Positions 7,435 through 14,589 of a stretch of 64,000 nucleotides of DNA are shown piece after piece (the stretch's first letter is position 1; each line of letters starts with the position of its first letter). This DNA is from a virus. A program made the position numbers and the translations under genes. The notes under the pieces were generated by a model. That model had not been told where the DNA came from and ran no database searches. It saw nothing but the letters and a program-made list of their open reading frames with translations. The stretch spans positions 68,092 through 132,091 of the IMG/VR virus record IMGVR_UViG_3300029305_002985; one strand, 5' to 3'.

Positions 7435-7746
7435 TTAATTCATTTTGAAGATGGGGTCAATGTCAATCGGCACAGGGCAGTTCTCTCCATAGCACTCAAT
7501 GGTGATGGAGTAGCGCTTCGTGCGCCAAAATTCGCGGTTCCACGGCTTGTAGTAGACAACCATAGAGATTTTGTGCTTGCTTCGGTTGTGGTCGATGGGA
7601 CAGACTTTTTCAGCAAAACTGCACACCTGCTCGTTTGCGCCCTTGCGCTTTTTGAGTATTTCGATGGCTTTAGCTCGTGCCGTGGTGAAATCGGTGAAGG
7701 CGCGCTTTTCGTGATGGTAGTTGACCATAAATACAGACATTTTCAT
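7435..7746 (-). CDS. hypothetical protein, 103 aa, third gene of the MazF-like operon
   Basis: ORF 17 nt downstream of the MazF-like gene, with RBS AAAAGGAGAACATAACA. Confidence 0.55.
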   Translation of the reverse strand: MKMSVFMVNYHHEKRAFTDFTTARAKAIEILKKRKGANEQVCSFAEKVCPIDHNRSKHKISMVVYYKPWNREFWRTKRYSITIECYGENCPVPIDIDPIFKMN

Positions 7747-7762
7747 TGTTATGTTCTCCTTT

Positions 7763-8110
7763 TCAAAATAGATTGAGTTGAATTTTGAGCGCTTTGCTTA
7801 CTCTTGCCATTTCCTCGGCGGTGGCTTCGCCCATATACTTGGACAGTCGGCACTTGTCAATGGTGCGGACTTGCTCACAGAGGATAGTGCCTTTGATGGC
7901 GCGTCCCTCAATGGGATAGAGGGTTGCGTGGGTGGGAATAGGTTTCTTGACTTGGGAGGTTATGGAGCAAACCGTGACCGTGGTGCTTCGCGCGTTGTTA
8001 ATGTCATTTGACACAATCAATACAGGGCGCAAACCGCCTTGCTCGCTACCCCTTGCAGGGGAGAGGTCAGCGTAGAAAATCTGACCTCTCTTGATAGGGT
8101 TATTCATCAT
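7763..8110 (-). CDS. PemK/MazF-family endoribonuclease toxin homolog, about 115 aa
   Basis: MMNNPIKRGQIFYADLSPARGSEQGGLRPVLIVSNDINNARSTTVTVCSITS...ATLYPIEGRAIKGTILCEQVRTIDKCRL matches the MazF/PemK/Kid fold motifs. Start taken as the ATG at 8110; the longer ORF-track extension is unlikely. Confidence 0.7.
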   Translation of the reverse strand: MMNNPIKRGQIFYADLSPARGSEQGGLRPVLIVSNDINNARSTTVTVCSITSQVKKPIPTHATLYPIEGRAIKGTILCEQVRTIDKCRLSKYMGEATAEEMARVSKALKIQLNLF

Positions 8111-8321
8111 AGTCAAACCCCTCAACCACCTTGCGCTCGGTATGCGCCTCACAGTGGTACATAACCTCACCCGTCCAACGATTGACCACATCGCACACAT
8201 CGGCGTGTCCGCAATCCACACGGATATAGCCGTATGCTTTTGCATCGTCAAGTTCCTCAAAGTCCGCCTTGTGCTTGCCATCAAGCAGTACCATAAGGTC
8301 GCAGGTTTCAATGTTCATCAT
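8100..8321 (-). CDS. Cys/His-rich 73-aa protein overlapping the MazF-like start by 11 nt; candidate non-canonical antitoxin
   Basis: Overlap geometry typical of antitoxin-toxin pairs. Motif DCGHADVCDV...YHCEAH. No MazE/AbrB-like fold is recognisable. Confidence 0.5.
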   Translation of the reverse strand: MMNIETCDLMVLLDGKHKADFEELDDAKAYGYIRVDCGHADVCDVVNRWTGEVMYHCEAHTERKVVEGFDYDE

Positions 8322-8364
8322 AATATGTTCTCCTTTTCTTGTCGGGGTCTTACCCCTTTGACAC

Positions 8365-8440
8365 TTATATTATACCACATTTGTGGCAGTTTGTCAAGGG
8401 GTTTTTCAAACTTTCTTTGAAAAATTTTTTATCAACAGTG
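8365..8440 (-). promoter_or_regulatory. early promoter P1 type (TTGACA-17-TGgTATAAT) with UP-like palindrome
   Basis: -35 at 8392-8397 and -10 at 8369-8374 (reverse complement). Confidence 0.6.
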
Positions 8441-8496
8441 AGTGGGGTTTGTTCCATTACCTTGCAAGTACCCCATATTCTTTTACTTCCTGTCCC

Positions 8497-8580
8497 CTTG
8501 ACACTTATATTATATCACATTTTCGGGATAAATGCAATAGGCAGAATAGACAAAGTTTCGCACAAGTTTTTGTGCAAAAT
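8497..8580 (-). promoter_or_regulatory. upstream P2-type promoter plus GACAAAGTTTCG motif and palindrome GCACAAGTTTTTGTGC
   Basis: CTTGACACTTATATTATATCAC. Palindrome at 8559-8576. Confidence 0.45.
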
Positions 8581-8594
8581 GCTAGCCCACCCAC

Positions 8595-8648
8595 AAAACG
8601 GCTCGGCGCGACCCACGCCGAGCCGCTGAACAAAGAAAGGTTGGGCTT
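8595..8648 (-). terminator. tandem rho-independent terminators downstream of the 8647 gene
   Basis: Minus strand GGTTGGGCATAAGCCCAACC followed by TTTCTTTGTT, then GGCTCGGCGTGGGTCGCGCCGAGCC followed by GTTTTGTG. Confidence 0.6.
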
Positions 8649-8925
8649 ATGCCCAACCCCTCTCTTTTTTAATTTGTTCGTAGCGCTCTGCCTTTTCGCG
8701 CTCGATTTTTTCTTTATCATACACGCGACACTTGATGCCCGTGTAGCCATACTTTTTGAGGTCTGCGCCGCTCCAATAGCGCTTTGCGCATATCTTCTTG
8801 ACGCCTTCCATTTGGTAGTGGCTCTTGTTCTCACAGTATGCCGCTATGCTCGGCACTTCAATGATTGCGCTGACCGCGCGATAGCCTTTGTCGCTTACGA
8901 GAGTGACCTGAATTTGTTTGCTCAT
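8647..8925 (-). CDS. hypothetical basic protein, 92 aa
   Basis: ORF in an ATGA-overlapped operon with the 8922-9116 gene. Confidence 0.55.
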   Translation of the reverse strand: MSKQIQVTLVSDKGYRAVSAIIEVPSIAAYCENKSHYQMEGVKKICAKRYWSGADLKKYGYTGIKCRVYDKEKIEREKAERYEQIKKERGWA

Positions 8926-9116
8926 TTGTTCTTACCTCTCTTTCTCTTTTTGTATGCCTTATAGATGGCACGACCGATGGGGATTGCAAGCATTGGGGAG
9001 AAGATTGCGCAGACCGCAATGGTGAGTTTTTCATCCCACGCATATTGGTCATCAATCAAAATGCAAATCCAAGTGTTAAGGAGTATCCAACCGAGAATAA
9101 TTGCAAGTGCTATCAT
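8922..9116 (-). CDS. small membrane protein, 64 aa, 2 TM
   Basis: Segments IALAIILGWILLNTWICILI and AVCAIFSPMLAIPIG, with a basic tail. Confidence 0.55.
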   Translation of the reverse strand: MIALAIILGWILLNTWICILIDDQYAWDEKLTIAVCAIFSPMLAIPIGRAIYKAYKKRKRGKNK

Positions 9117-9130
9117 CTTATGTACCTCTC

Positions 9131-9200
9131 TTTCTGTACTTTTATTATATCATATTTGCTTGCTCTTATCAATAGGCATTATGCACAAAGTTTTGGGGCG
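9131..9200 (-). promoter_or_regulatory. promoter TTGATA-17-TGaTATAAT plus TTATGCACAAAGTTTTGGGG motif
   Basis: Reverse complement cctaTTGATAagagcaagcaaatatgaTATAATaaaagtacag. Confidence 0.5.
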
Positions 9201-9207
9201 GGACTTG

Positions 9208-9516
9208 TCAACAATAGACAAGTCCCATATCGCGCCAGCGCAACACGCTGATTTGATTGCACGCGCGCCCGACTTCCAGCGCTTCGCGCTTCGTTGCTAC
9301 GCGGTGGCTTTTGTCGATATAGTAAACACCTTCGCTGAACCAAACACCGCAGTTGCCGCTATATGCCTTTACTGCATTGATGGCTTCGCGTGCGGTGCGG
9401 CACTCGATGCCCTCGGTGGCTACTTGGTAGCCTGTCTTATGGGTGATGCACTTGCCGCCTTTAAGCGTCAAGCCGTCATTGTCACGCAGTTTGAGAATGG
9501 TGCGAATGTTAATCAT
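9208..9516 (-). CDS. hypothetical protein, 102 aa (start MINIRTILKL)
   Basis: ATG at 9516 preceded by GGTTTACAGTT. The longer ORF-track version runs into the upstream promoter. Confidence 0.5.
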   Translation of the reverse strand: MINIRTILKLRDNDGLTLKGGKCITHKTGYQVATEGIECRTAREAINAVKAYSGNCGVWFSEGVYYIDKSHRVATKREALEVGRACNQISVLRWRDMGLVYC

Positions 9517-9559
9517 AACTGTAAACCTCTTGTATGTATTCAGTAGGGGTTGTACTTCC

Positions 9560-9626
9560 CCCTTCTGTACCTTAATTATACCACACTTTGCACCTTTTGT
9601 CAATAGACAAGTTGCACAAAGTTGAG
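9560..9626 (-). promoter_or_regulatory. promoter TTGACA-17-TGgTATAAT plus GTTGCACAAAGTT motif
   Basis: Reverse complement tctaTTGACAaaaggtgcaaagtgTGgTATAATtaagg. Confidence 0.55.
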
Positions 9627-9642
9627 GTTGGGGTTTTGGTTA

Positions 9643-9810
9643 TTATCCCCAAACCTCTGCTTCTGCTTGCGCGGCAGTGGTGTAAACAGTGGTGGCAAGC
9701 ACGCGCCCGTTGTTTGCTTGTGCGAACTCTTGTGCCGCGGCTTCAGTGGTGAACATAGCAAGAAGGTCAGCCTCAAACTCGGTGTTTTCCCATACTGCGT
9801 AGATAGTCAT
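9643..9810 (-). CDS. hypothetical 55-aa protein
   Basis: MTIYAVWENTEFEADLLAMFTTEAAAQEFAQANNGRVLATTVYTTAAQAEAEVWG with RBS GAGAGG. Below the ORF-track cutoff. Confidence 0.45.
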   Translation of the reverse strand: MTIYAVWENTEFEADLLAMFTTEAAAQEFAQANNGRVLATTVYTTAAQAEAEVWG

Positions 9811-9845
9811 TTTTTGTACCTCTCATTTATGTATTTGGAAGGTCT

Positions 9846-9900
9846 TTCCCCTTCCTTCTGTAATAATTATACTACTTTTTGCCTCATTTGTCAAGCCTTT
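9846..9900 (-). promoter_or_regulatory. promoter TTGACA-17-TATAAT
   Basis: Reverse complement ggcTTGACAaatgaggcaaaaagtagTATAATtattacagaaggaagg. Confidence 0.55.
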
Positions 9901-10018
9901 TTCAGGATTTTTTCTTCGTCATTTTGCACAAAATTTCGCGCGATTTTTATTTGATAGTTGTGCATTCTGCCCAACATAGGGCCCGCGCGGCCGCACACGA
10001 AAGCACAAGGCACTGTGC

Positions 10019-10336
10019 TTAATCAGCACAGTACCCTCTGCGATAGTTATTATTTATTGCGGTGAAGAGGAAGTGCGGCAGCCGCTCAATGCGAAAGTGT
10101 CTCTTCACTTGCCCCACAGTAGGACAGTACATAGTGATGATTTCCTCTTGTTGATTGCGGATAATCATCACACCAGTGGAAGTGAGATAGAGAGTGACAG
10201 CCTCGCGCCATTCTCTTCTATCCTCTTCTTTGATAGTCATCACTGTTCTACCAAAGCCAACCTCTGTGGCAATTCTTGCATACCTGTCAAGCCTGTCTTG
10301 CTCCATGTGTTTTGTAAGAGTTACTCTCATCATCAT
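10019..10336 (-). CDS. hypothetical protein, about 105 aa (start MMMRVTL)
   Basis: ATG at 10336 lies 5 nt after RBS GAGGTGA. It is co-transcribed with the 10347-10508 gene (10-nt gap). Confidence 0.5.
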   Translation of the reverse strand: MMMRVTLTKHMEQDRLDRYARIATEVGFGRTVMTIKEEDRREWREAVTLYLTSTGVMIIRNQQEEIITMYCPTVGQVKRHFRIERLPHFLFTAINNNYRRGYCAD

Positions 10337-10346
10337 GGCGCTCACC

Positions 10347-10508
10347 TCACGCGTTCAGCGCCTTAAGAATTTCTCTGCGCTCTGCTTCAAGTTCGCGGCG
10401 TCTGTTCCAGTTCTCGTTCCACTTGTTGTAAGCATCGCACATCTCGATTGCCCACAGTTCGTTCTCGATTGCTTCAAGTCTTGCTTCCATCTTTGCTCTG
10501 TCCATCAT
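10347..10508 (-). CDS. 53-aa coiled-coil-like protein
   Basis: MMDRAKMEARLEAIENELWAIEMCDAYNKWNENWNRRRELEAERREILKALNA with RBS AAAAGAGGTAAAG. Confidence 0.45.
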   Translation of the reverse strand: MMDRAKMEARLEAIENELWAIEMCDAYNKWNENWNRRRELEAERREILKALNA

Positions 10509-10555
10509 TGTTCTTTACCTCTTTTTATGTATTTGGAAGGGGTCTCTCTCCCTCT

Positions 10556-10645
10556 TTCCATAATTATTATACCACATTGGGTGGCTCTTGTCAAGTGGCA
10601 AGATGCACAAACTTTTCATTGTTTGTTCGTGCATCTTGCACAAGG
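10556..10645 (-). promoter_or_regulatory. promoter TTGACA-17-TGgTATAAT plus imperfect inverted pair of the GCACAAAC motif
   Basis: Reverse complement ccacTTGACAagagccacccaatgTGgTATAAT. ATGCACAAAC...GTTCGTGCAT at 10604-10640. Confidence 0.5.
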
Positions 10646-10661
10646 TTTATTAATCCTCGTA

Positions 10662-10787
10662 CTTGTAAAGGAATGCGCCGTGCTTGCGCGTTTCCACTTG
10701 CATCTCTTGCTTGCTCATACCCATACAACACACTTTGTGTCCATCCCCAAACACGAACCAGTACCACTTCTTTGCCATTTTAATTTA
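10662..10787 (-). CDS. 41-aa peptide
   Basis: MAKKWYWFVFGDGHKVCCMGMSKQEMQVETRKHGAFLYKYED with RBS GAGAGG. Confidence 0.35.
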
Positions 10788-10814
10788 CCTCTCTTGTATG
10801 TATTTTTGAGGTTG

Positions 10815-10870
10815 GGCTCTTGCCCTTCCTTCTGTAATTATTATACCATAAAAGCAGGTGTTTGTCAATA
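10815..10870 (-). promoter_or_regulatory. promoter TTGACA-17-TGgTATAAT
   Basis: Reverse complement cctaTTGACAaacacctgcttttatggTATAATaattacagaagg. Confidence 0.55.
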
Positions 10871-10899
10871 GGTTTTTTGAAATATTTTTATTGTTTACA

Positions 10900-10985
10900 A
10901 TTTGTTCACAATTTCAGGATTAACATAAAGTTTACAAATTATTAACAATTCGTTCACAAATTATTTACAAATTGTTTACAATTTA
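10900..10985. repeat. array of seven 11-bp-periodic direct repeats GTT(T/C/A)ACAA(A/T)TT; iteron- or operator-like
   Basis: TTTACAA/TTCACAA/TTAACAA units start at 10904, 10915, 10931, 10942, 10954, 10965 and 10976. Same core as the array at 430-478 but in opposite orientation. Confidence 0.6.
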
Positions 10986-11018
10986 AAAACCGCACCGCGC
11001 CGGGTGTTCGCGGTGCGG
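10985..11018 (-). terminator. rho-independent terminator, minus orientation
   Basis: Stem ccgcaccgcg/cgcggtgcgg with 9-nt loop, flanked by AAAAA at 10985-10989 (TTTTT on the minus strand). Confidence 0.6.
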
Positions 11019-11224
11019 CGATCGATTTAATGGGGCGTGTCTACACACCATTCGCGCGTATTTTTTTGGCCTGACTACACAGTAATCTCTCTCTATTAAC
11101 CGGGGGTGGTTTATGGGAAAAAATTTTTTCTCGTTGTGGAAAATGGCTTTTCCTCGTACACCCACCCTCCAAATCTTTTTTCAATTTAGGAAAACGAAAA
11201 CCCCCATCCTTCCCCTCATCTCGA

Positions 11225-11260
11225 TAAAAAAAAGCGAGACACGCTTGCGCGTATCTCGCC
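11225..11260 (-). terminator. rho-independent terminator for the lipase gene
   Basis: Minus strand GCGAGATACGCGCAAGCGTGTCTCGC followed by TTTTTTTTATCGAG. Confidence 0.65.
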
Positions 11261-11273
11261 TCGGTCGTTAAGG

Positions 11274-12026
11274 TTAATCATCTAACCCCATTTCAATTCT
11301 CAATACAACCCCATCTTCACTTTCATCAAAAGCCTTTAAACTTTTTACCATCTCGCTTTGATAATGCGGCCACACAGCCACAATCTCTCTCGCAGCTTTC
11401 GTATCTCTAAATCCACTCTTTATCCACTGCCATAATGCCGCAAATGGCTTCCACTTGCCGCCTATCTTAACCATCTCTCCAACATGGCAGAAACCAAATG
11501 CACGAGGCGGCATATGGGTCACGATATCCGCGCGGTTGCGGAAGACTCTAAAATTCTTCCATCTCTCTTGCAATTCATCCTTAACCCAAAATCCTGAATA
11601 AATGCGCGGCCCTTCAAAACTAATCCCCCAGCAGGTGCCGCGAATATCGGGGCGATGGAACCAGATACACTCATGCGCGAATGCGGCAAGGGCGCCGCCG
11701 TGACTATACCCAATCACCACGATCTTTTGCCACTTATACTCCAAATCAGTGAGGCTCTTGGTTTCCGTAATCTTCTTAATGATGATGTCCTCAACTTCTT
11801 TCCATGCGGCAAGGAAACCCCCGTGCACTCTATAGGGAATCTTCATGTCTTTATAAGGCTTGCGCCAATAGCTGAAGTTGCGGCGCCAATCAACATCTCC
11901 ATTGCTACCCTCAAAATAGATATAAAGCGCGCGGCCGTCCTCGACGAACGCATAGTTTACATGATTGCCACACTCTTGATATTTGACATCATAAGCGCAA
12001 TTTCTGAATAATTTTTCAAAGGTCAT
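11274..12026 (-). CDS. class-3 (fungal-type) lipase / alpha-beta hydrolase
   Basis: Nucleophile-elbow motif VVIGYSHGGALAAF (GxSxG) within a lipase_3-like arrangement. RBS AAAGGAGA. Standard code, no in-frame TAG. 250 aa. Confidence 0.65.
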   Translation of the reverse strand: MTFEKLFRNCAYDVKYQECGNHVNYAFVEDGRALYIYFEGSNGDVDWRRNFSYWRKPYKDMKIPYRVHGGFLAAWKEVEDIIIKKITETKSLTDLEYKWQKIVVIGYSHGGALAAFAHECIWFHRPDIRGTCWGISFEGPRIYSGFWVKDELQERWKNFRVFRNRADIVTHMPPRAFGFCHVGEMVKIGGKWKPFAALWQWIKSGFRDTKAAREIVAVWPHYQSEMVKSLKAFDESEDGVVLRIEMGLDD

Positions 12027-12121
12027 AATAAAATTCTCCTTTCATTATATTTTCCCTTTAAATATATAAAAATGGCGGCAATCCAATTAATTAAATTTGC
12101 CCTCAATGCGGCTGCCGCGTC

Positions 12122-12150
12122 TTGACTTCCGCAAAATTTTTTATTACACT
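12122..12150 (+). promoter_or_regulatory. candidate plus-strand promoter TTGACT-17-TACACT at the head of the late block
   Basis: cTTGACTtccgcaaaattttttatTACACT. Weak -10. Confidence 0.3.
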
Positions 12151-12184
12151 TTCTATATAGAAGAACTAGTGAAAGGAGCCTTAA

Positions 12185-13354
12185 ATGGACGAATATTTAG
12201 ATGATCTCTTGCCCGATGATGTAGACGAAGTGGCTCCTGAAACGGAACAAGAGATACTTGAAGAAAAAATGGCGGCGATCGATGCTCCATTAAAGTTAGA
12301 CTATAAACTAACTGACATTAATGATCGCGTCGCTCTTGTAGATAAAATAATTGCGGCGACCCCTAAGGAGAAATTAACCAACAGATACCTGGAGTATCTT
12401 GGCGACTATATTATGTAGGCAATCACCAAAGAAGAGCGCAAACAGCATCTATTCATGACAGACAATCGCCGCGTTACAATTGACAAGCGTGAGACCTCGC
12501 TTGAAGGTCTAATCGAGAAATTTGAGAACGGCGCCGATGGCATCTATAATATGATGACCAATGATAAAAATATTATCATGACGCCAAAAGTAGAGATTAC
12601 TGAACAGGATATTGCGGAGGTACCAGGTCTACGCGAATTGCGCGAAGCCATTAATGTCGTAGAGCAATAGTATAAGGCGGCAACCGGCAAACGCAAATAT
12701 GCATTAAAGAAACAGCTAATAGAAATGAGGCGCGACCAGTATGTGCTTAAAGGAATGTTTAAGCAGACAACAAAGGCGGCGCCTTGTTCGCGTGGAATCA
12801 ACAAAGTTGACCTTTGGGAAGAGCGTTGGATTGATGCAGCGGGCGAGCCATAGAGTAAAGGTCTAGTTACATTTTTTAATCCTGACCATGTGGCGGCGAT
12901 CCTGCGAAATTACAACGGTTTAAAATTAGAAACTGCGGGCCAATATTGGAATGACTTTTTTTATTTGATATAGGACTTTGATGGATTAATTCACAGAGCA
13001 TTAAAATATCAATAGCCGCTTCTTTGGGATTTAATGCAAATGAAGTTCCAAGGTAAGCAAAACATAGAAATTGCGGCCGCCCTTAAAGAGAAACATGGCA
13101 AGTCTTATACGCCAGAATATATCTCTTAGTTATGGGGGAAGAAAATTCCGAAGCTTATTTCTGAGCAAGAGAAGAATGATTATTTAATTCAATATTACTC
13201 CACGATTGCGCCGGAGAAAGCAAAGTGGAAGAAATGTTCAAAATGTGGACAAATTAAATTAGCTCATAATAGATTTTTTTCAAAGAATAATACCTCCAAA
13301 GATGGGTGGTACAGCCAGTGCAAATGCTGTAGAAATTCTAAAGGAAGGAGCTGA
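12185..13354 (+). CDS. hypothetical protein, about 389 aa, acidic N-terminus and C-terminal Cys-rich zinc-ribbon; first gene containing sense TAG codons
   Basis: ORF-track fragments 12185-12418 and 12455-12670 are in the same frame, as is everything up to the TGA at 13352-13354. In-frame TAGs at 12416, 12668, 12851, 12971, 13010 and 13127. C-terminus CSKCGQIKLAHNRFF...DGWYSQCKCC. Confidence 0.55.
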
Positions 13355-13359
13355 TTATT

Positions 13360-14589
13360 ATGGCTCAAACATATTGTGAAAAATGTAAACATACTATGGA
13401 TGAAGCTAACTTCTATACATATAAAGATGGTAGTAAAACCGAGCTATGTAAGAAGTGCCTTACAATGCACATAGATATGTTTAATCCTGAAACCTTTATG
13501 TGGGTTTTGGAAAAAATGGACGTGCCCTATGTCCCCGCGGAATGGGACTCGTTGCGCGATAAAGATATTGAAAAGAAAGGTATTAAGGCGACTGCTAGCG
13601 CGGTGTTCGGTAAATACCTGTCTAAAATGAAACTTAAACAATGGAAAGAATACGGATGGGCGGACACCGAGAGACTTCAAGCGGAGAGTGCGGAAAAGGC
13701 GGCGATCCGTGCAGAAGAGTAGGCAGCTAAAGACGCCTATTACTAGGAACAGCTGGATGCAGGCGCTATTAGTGAAGCGCAATACAAGACGCTAGTGAGC
13801 GGCAAGACGCAGCTCGACCGCGCTTATAATCAAGTTGCCACTGGACAGTATTTAGGAAATGATAATCCTTATAATGAAAACTTTTTTATGAACGAGTCAG
13901 AGCTCGCGGATCCGGGAGCTGAGCTGACGCAAGAAGATAAGGTTTACCTTGCTATGAAGTGGGGTCGCCTTTATAAGCCCGGTGAGTGGGTTGAACTTGA
14001 GCGCATGTATACGGAAATGACAAATTCGTTTGATATTCAAGATGCTGACTCTGAGGCAACACTGATTTTACTTTGCAAAACTAACTTAAAACAAAATCAA
14101 GCTATCGACTCTGGCGATATTGAAGGCTTCCAGAAATTATCTAAAGTCTCTGAATCTTTGCGTAAGACCGCTAAATTTACTGCGGCCCAGAACAAAGAAG
14201 CAAAAGGAGACTTCGTTGACTCTGTAGGTGAGCTTATCCGCCTTTGCGAAACAGAGGGCTTCATTCCTCGTTTCTGCACAGATATTCCACAGGATAAAGT
14301 AGATCTTACTCTCGCTGACCAAAAGGAATATATCCGTAAGCTTGTAACGCAAGACCTGGGCTTTGGCCAACAGATCGAAGATGCTATTAAGAAGATTCAG
14401 ATCCAAAAGGAAATGAATGAGGCGGCAGACCGTGCGCGCGAAGAAGCGGGCGATAACTATATTGATCCTATTGATGAAATAGATGATGAGGATATGGCAG
14501 CATTCTTTGAAGAGAAGGCTGCGCAAAGCGATCAAGATGAGTCGCTGTTTAAGGACGGTGATAAATCCTTATGGCCTTAGCAGACTTAA
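13360..14589 (+). CDS. putative DNA-packaging / small-terminase-like protein with N-terminal zinc ribbon, about 409 aa
   Basis: CEKCKH...CKKC at the N-terminus. The TAA at 14587-14589 overlaps the terminase ATG (TAATG). In-frame TAGs at 13720, 13747 and 14578. Functional assignment rests on position only. Confidence 0.4.

Noticed and set aside
7763-8311. 182-aa version of the MazF-like ORF given in the track
   Set aside because: The N-terminal 67 residues overlap the upstream gene in another frame. The toxin fold begins at MMNNPIKRG, and the ATG at 8110 gives the canonical size of about 115 aa.
900-10900. Possible CRISPR array suggested by the many near-identical repeats
   Set aside because: The repeats are about 60-90 bp promoter/terminator cassettes separated by genes of variable length (200-800 bp). 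They lack the regular short repeat-spacer geometry, and each contains -35/-10 elements in the correct orientation for the downstream gene.
10983-11165. 60-aa minus-strand ORF in the junction region
   Set aside because: It overlaps a terminator hairpin, is low complexity, and has no RBS.
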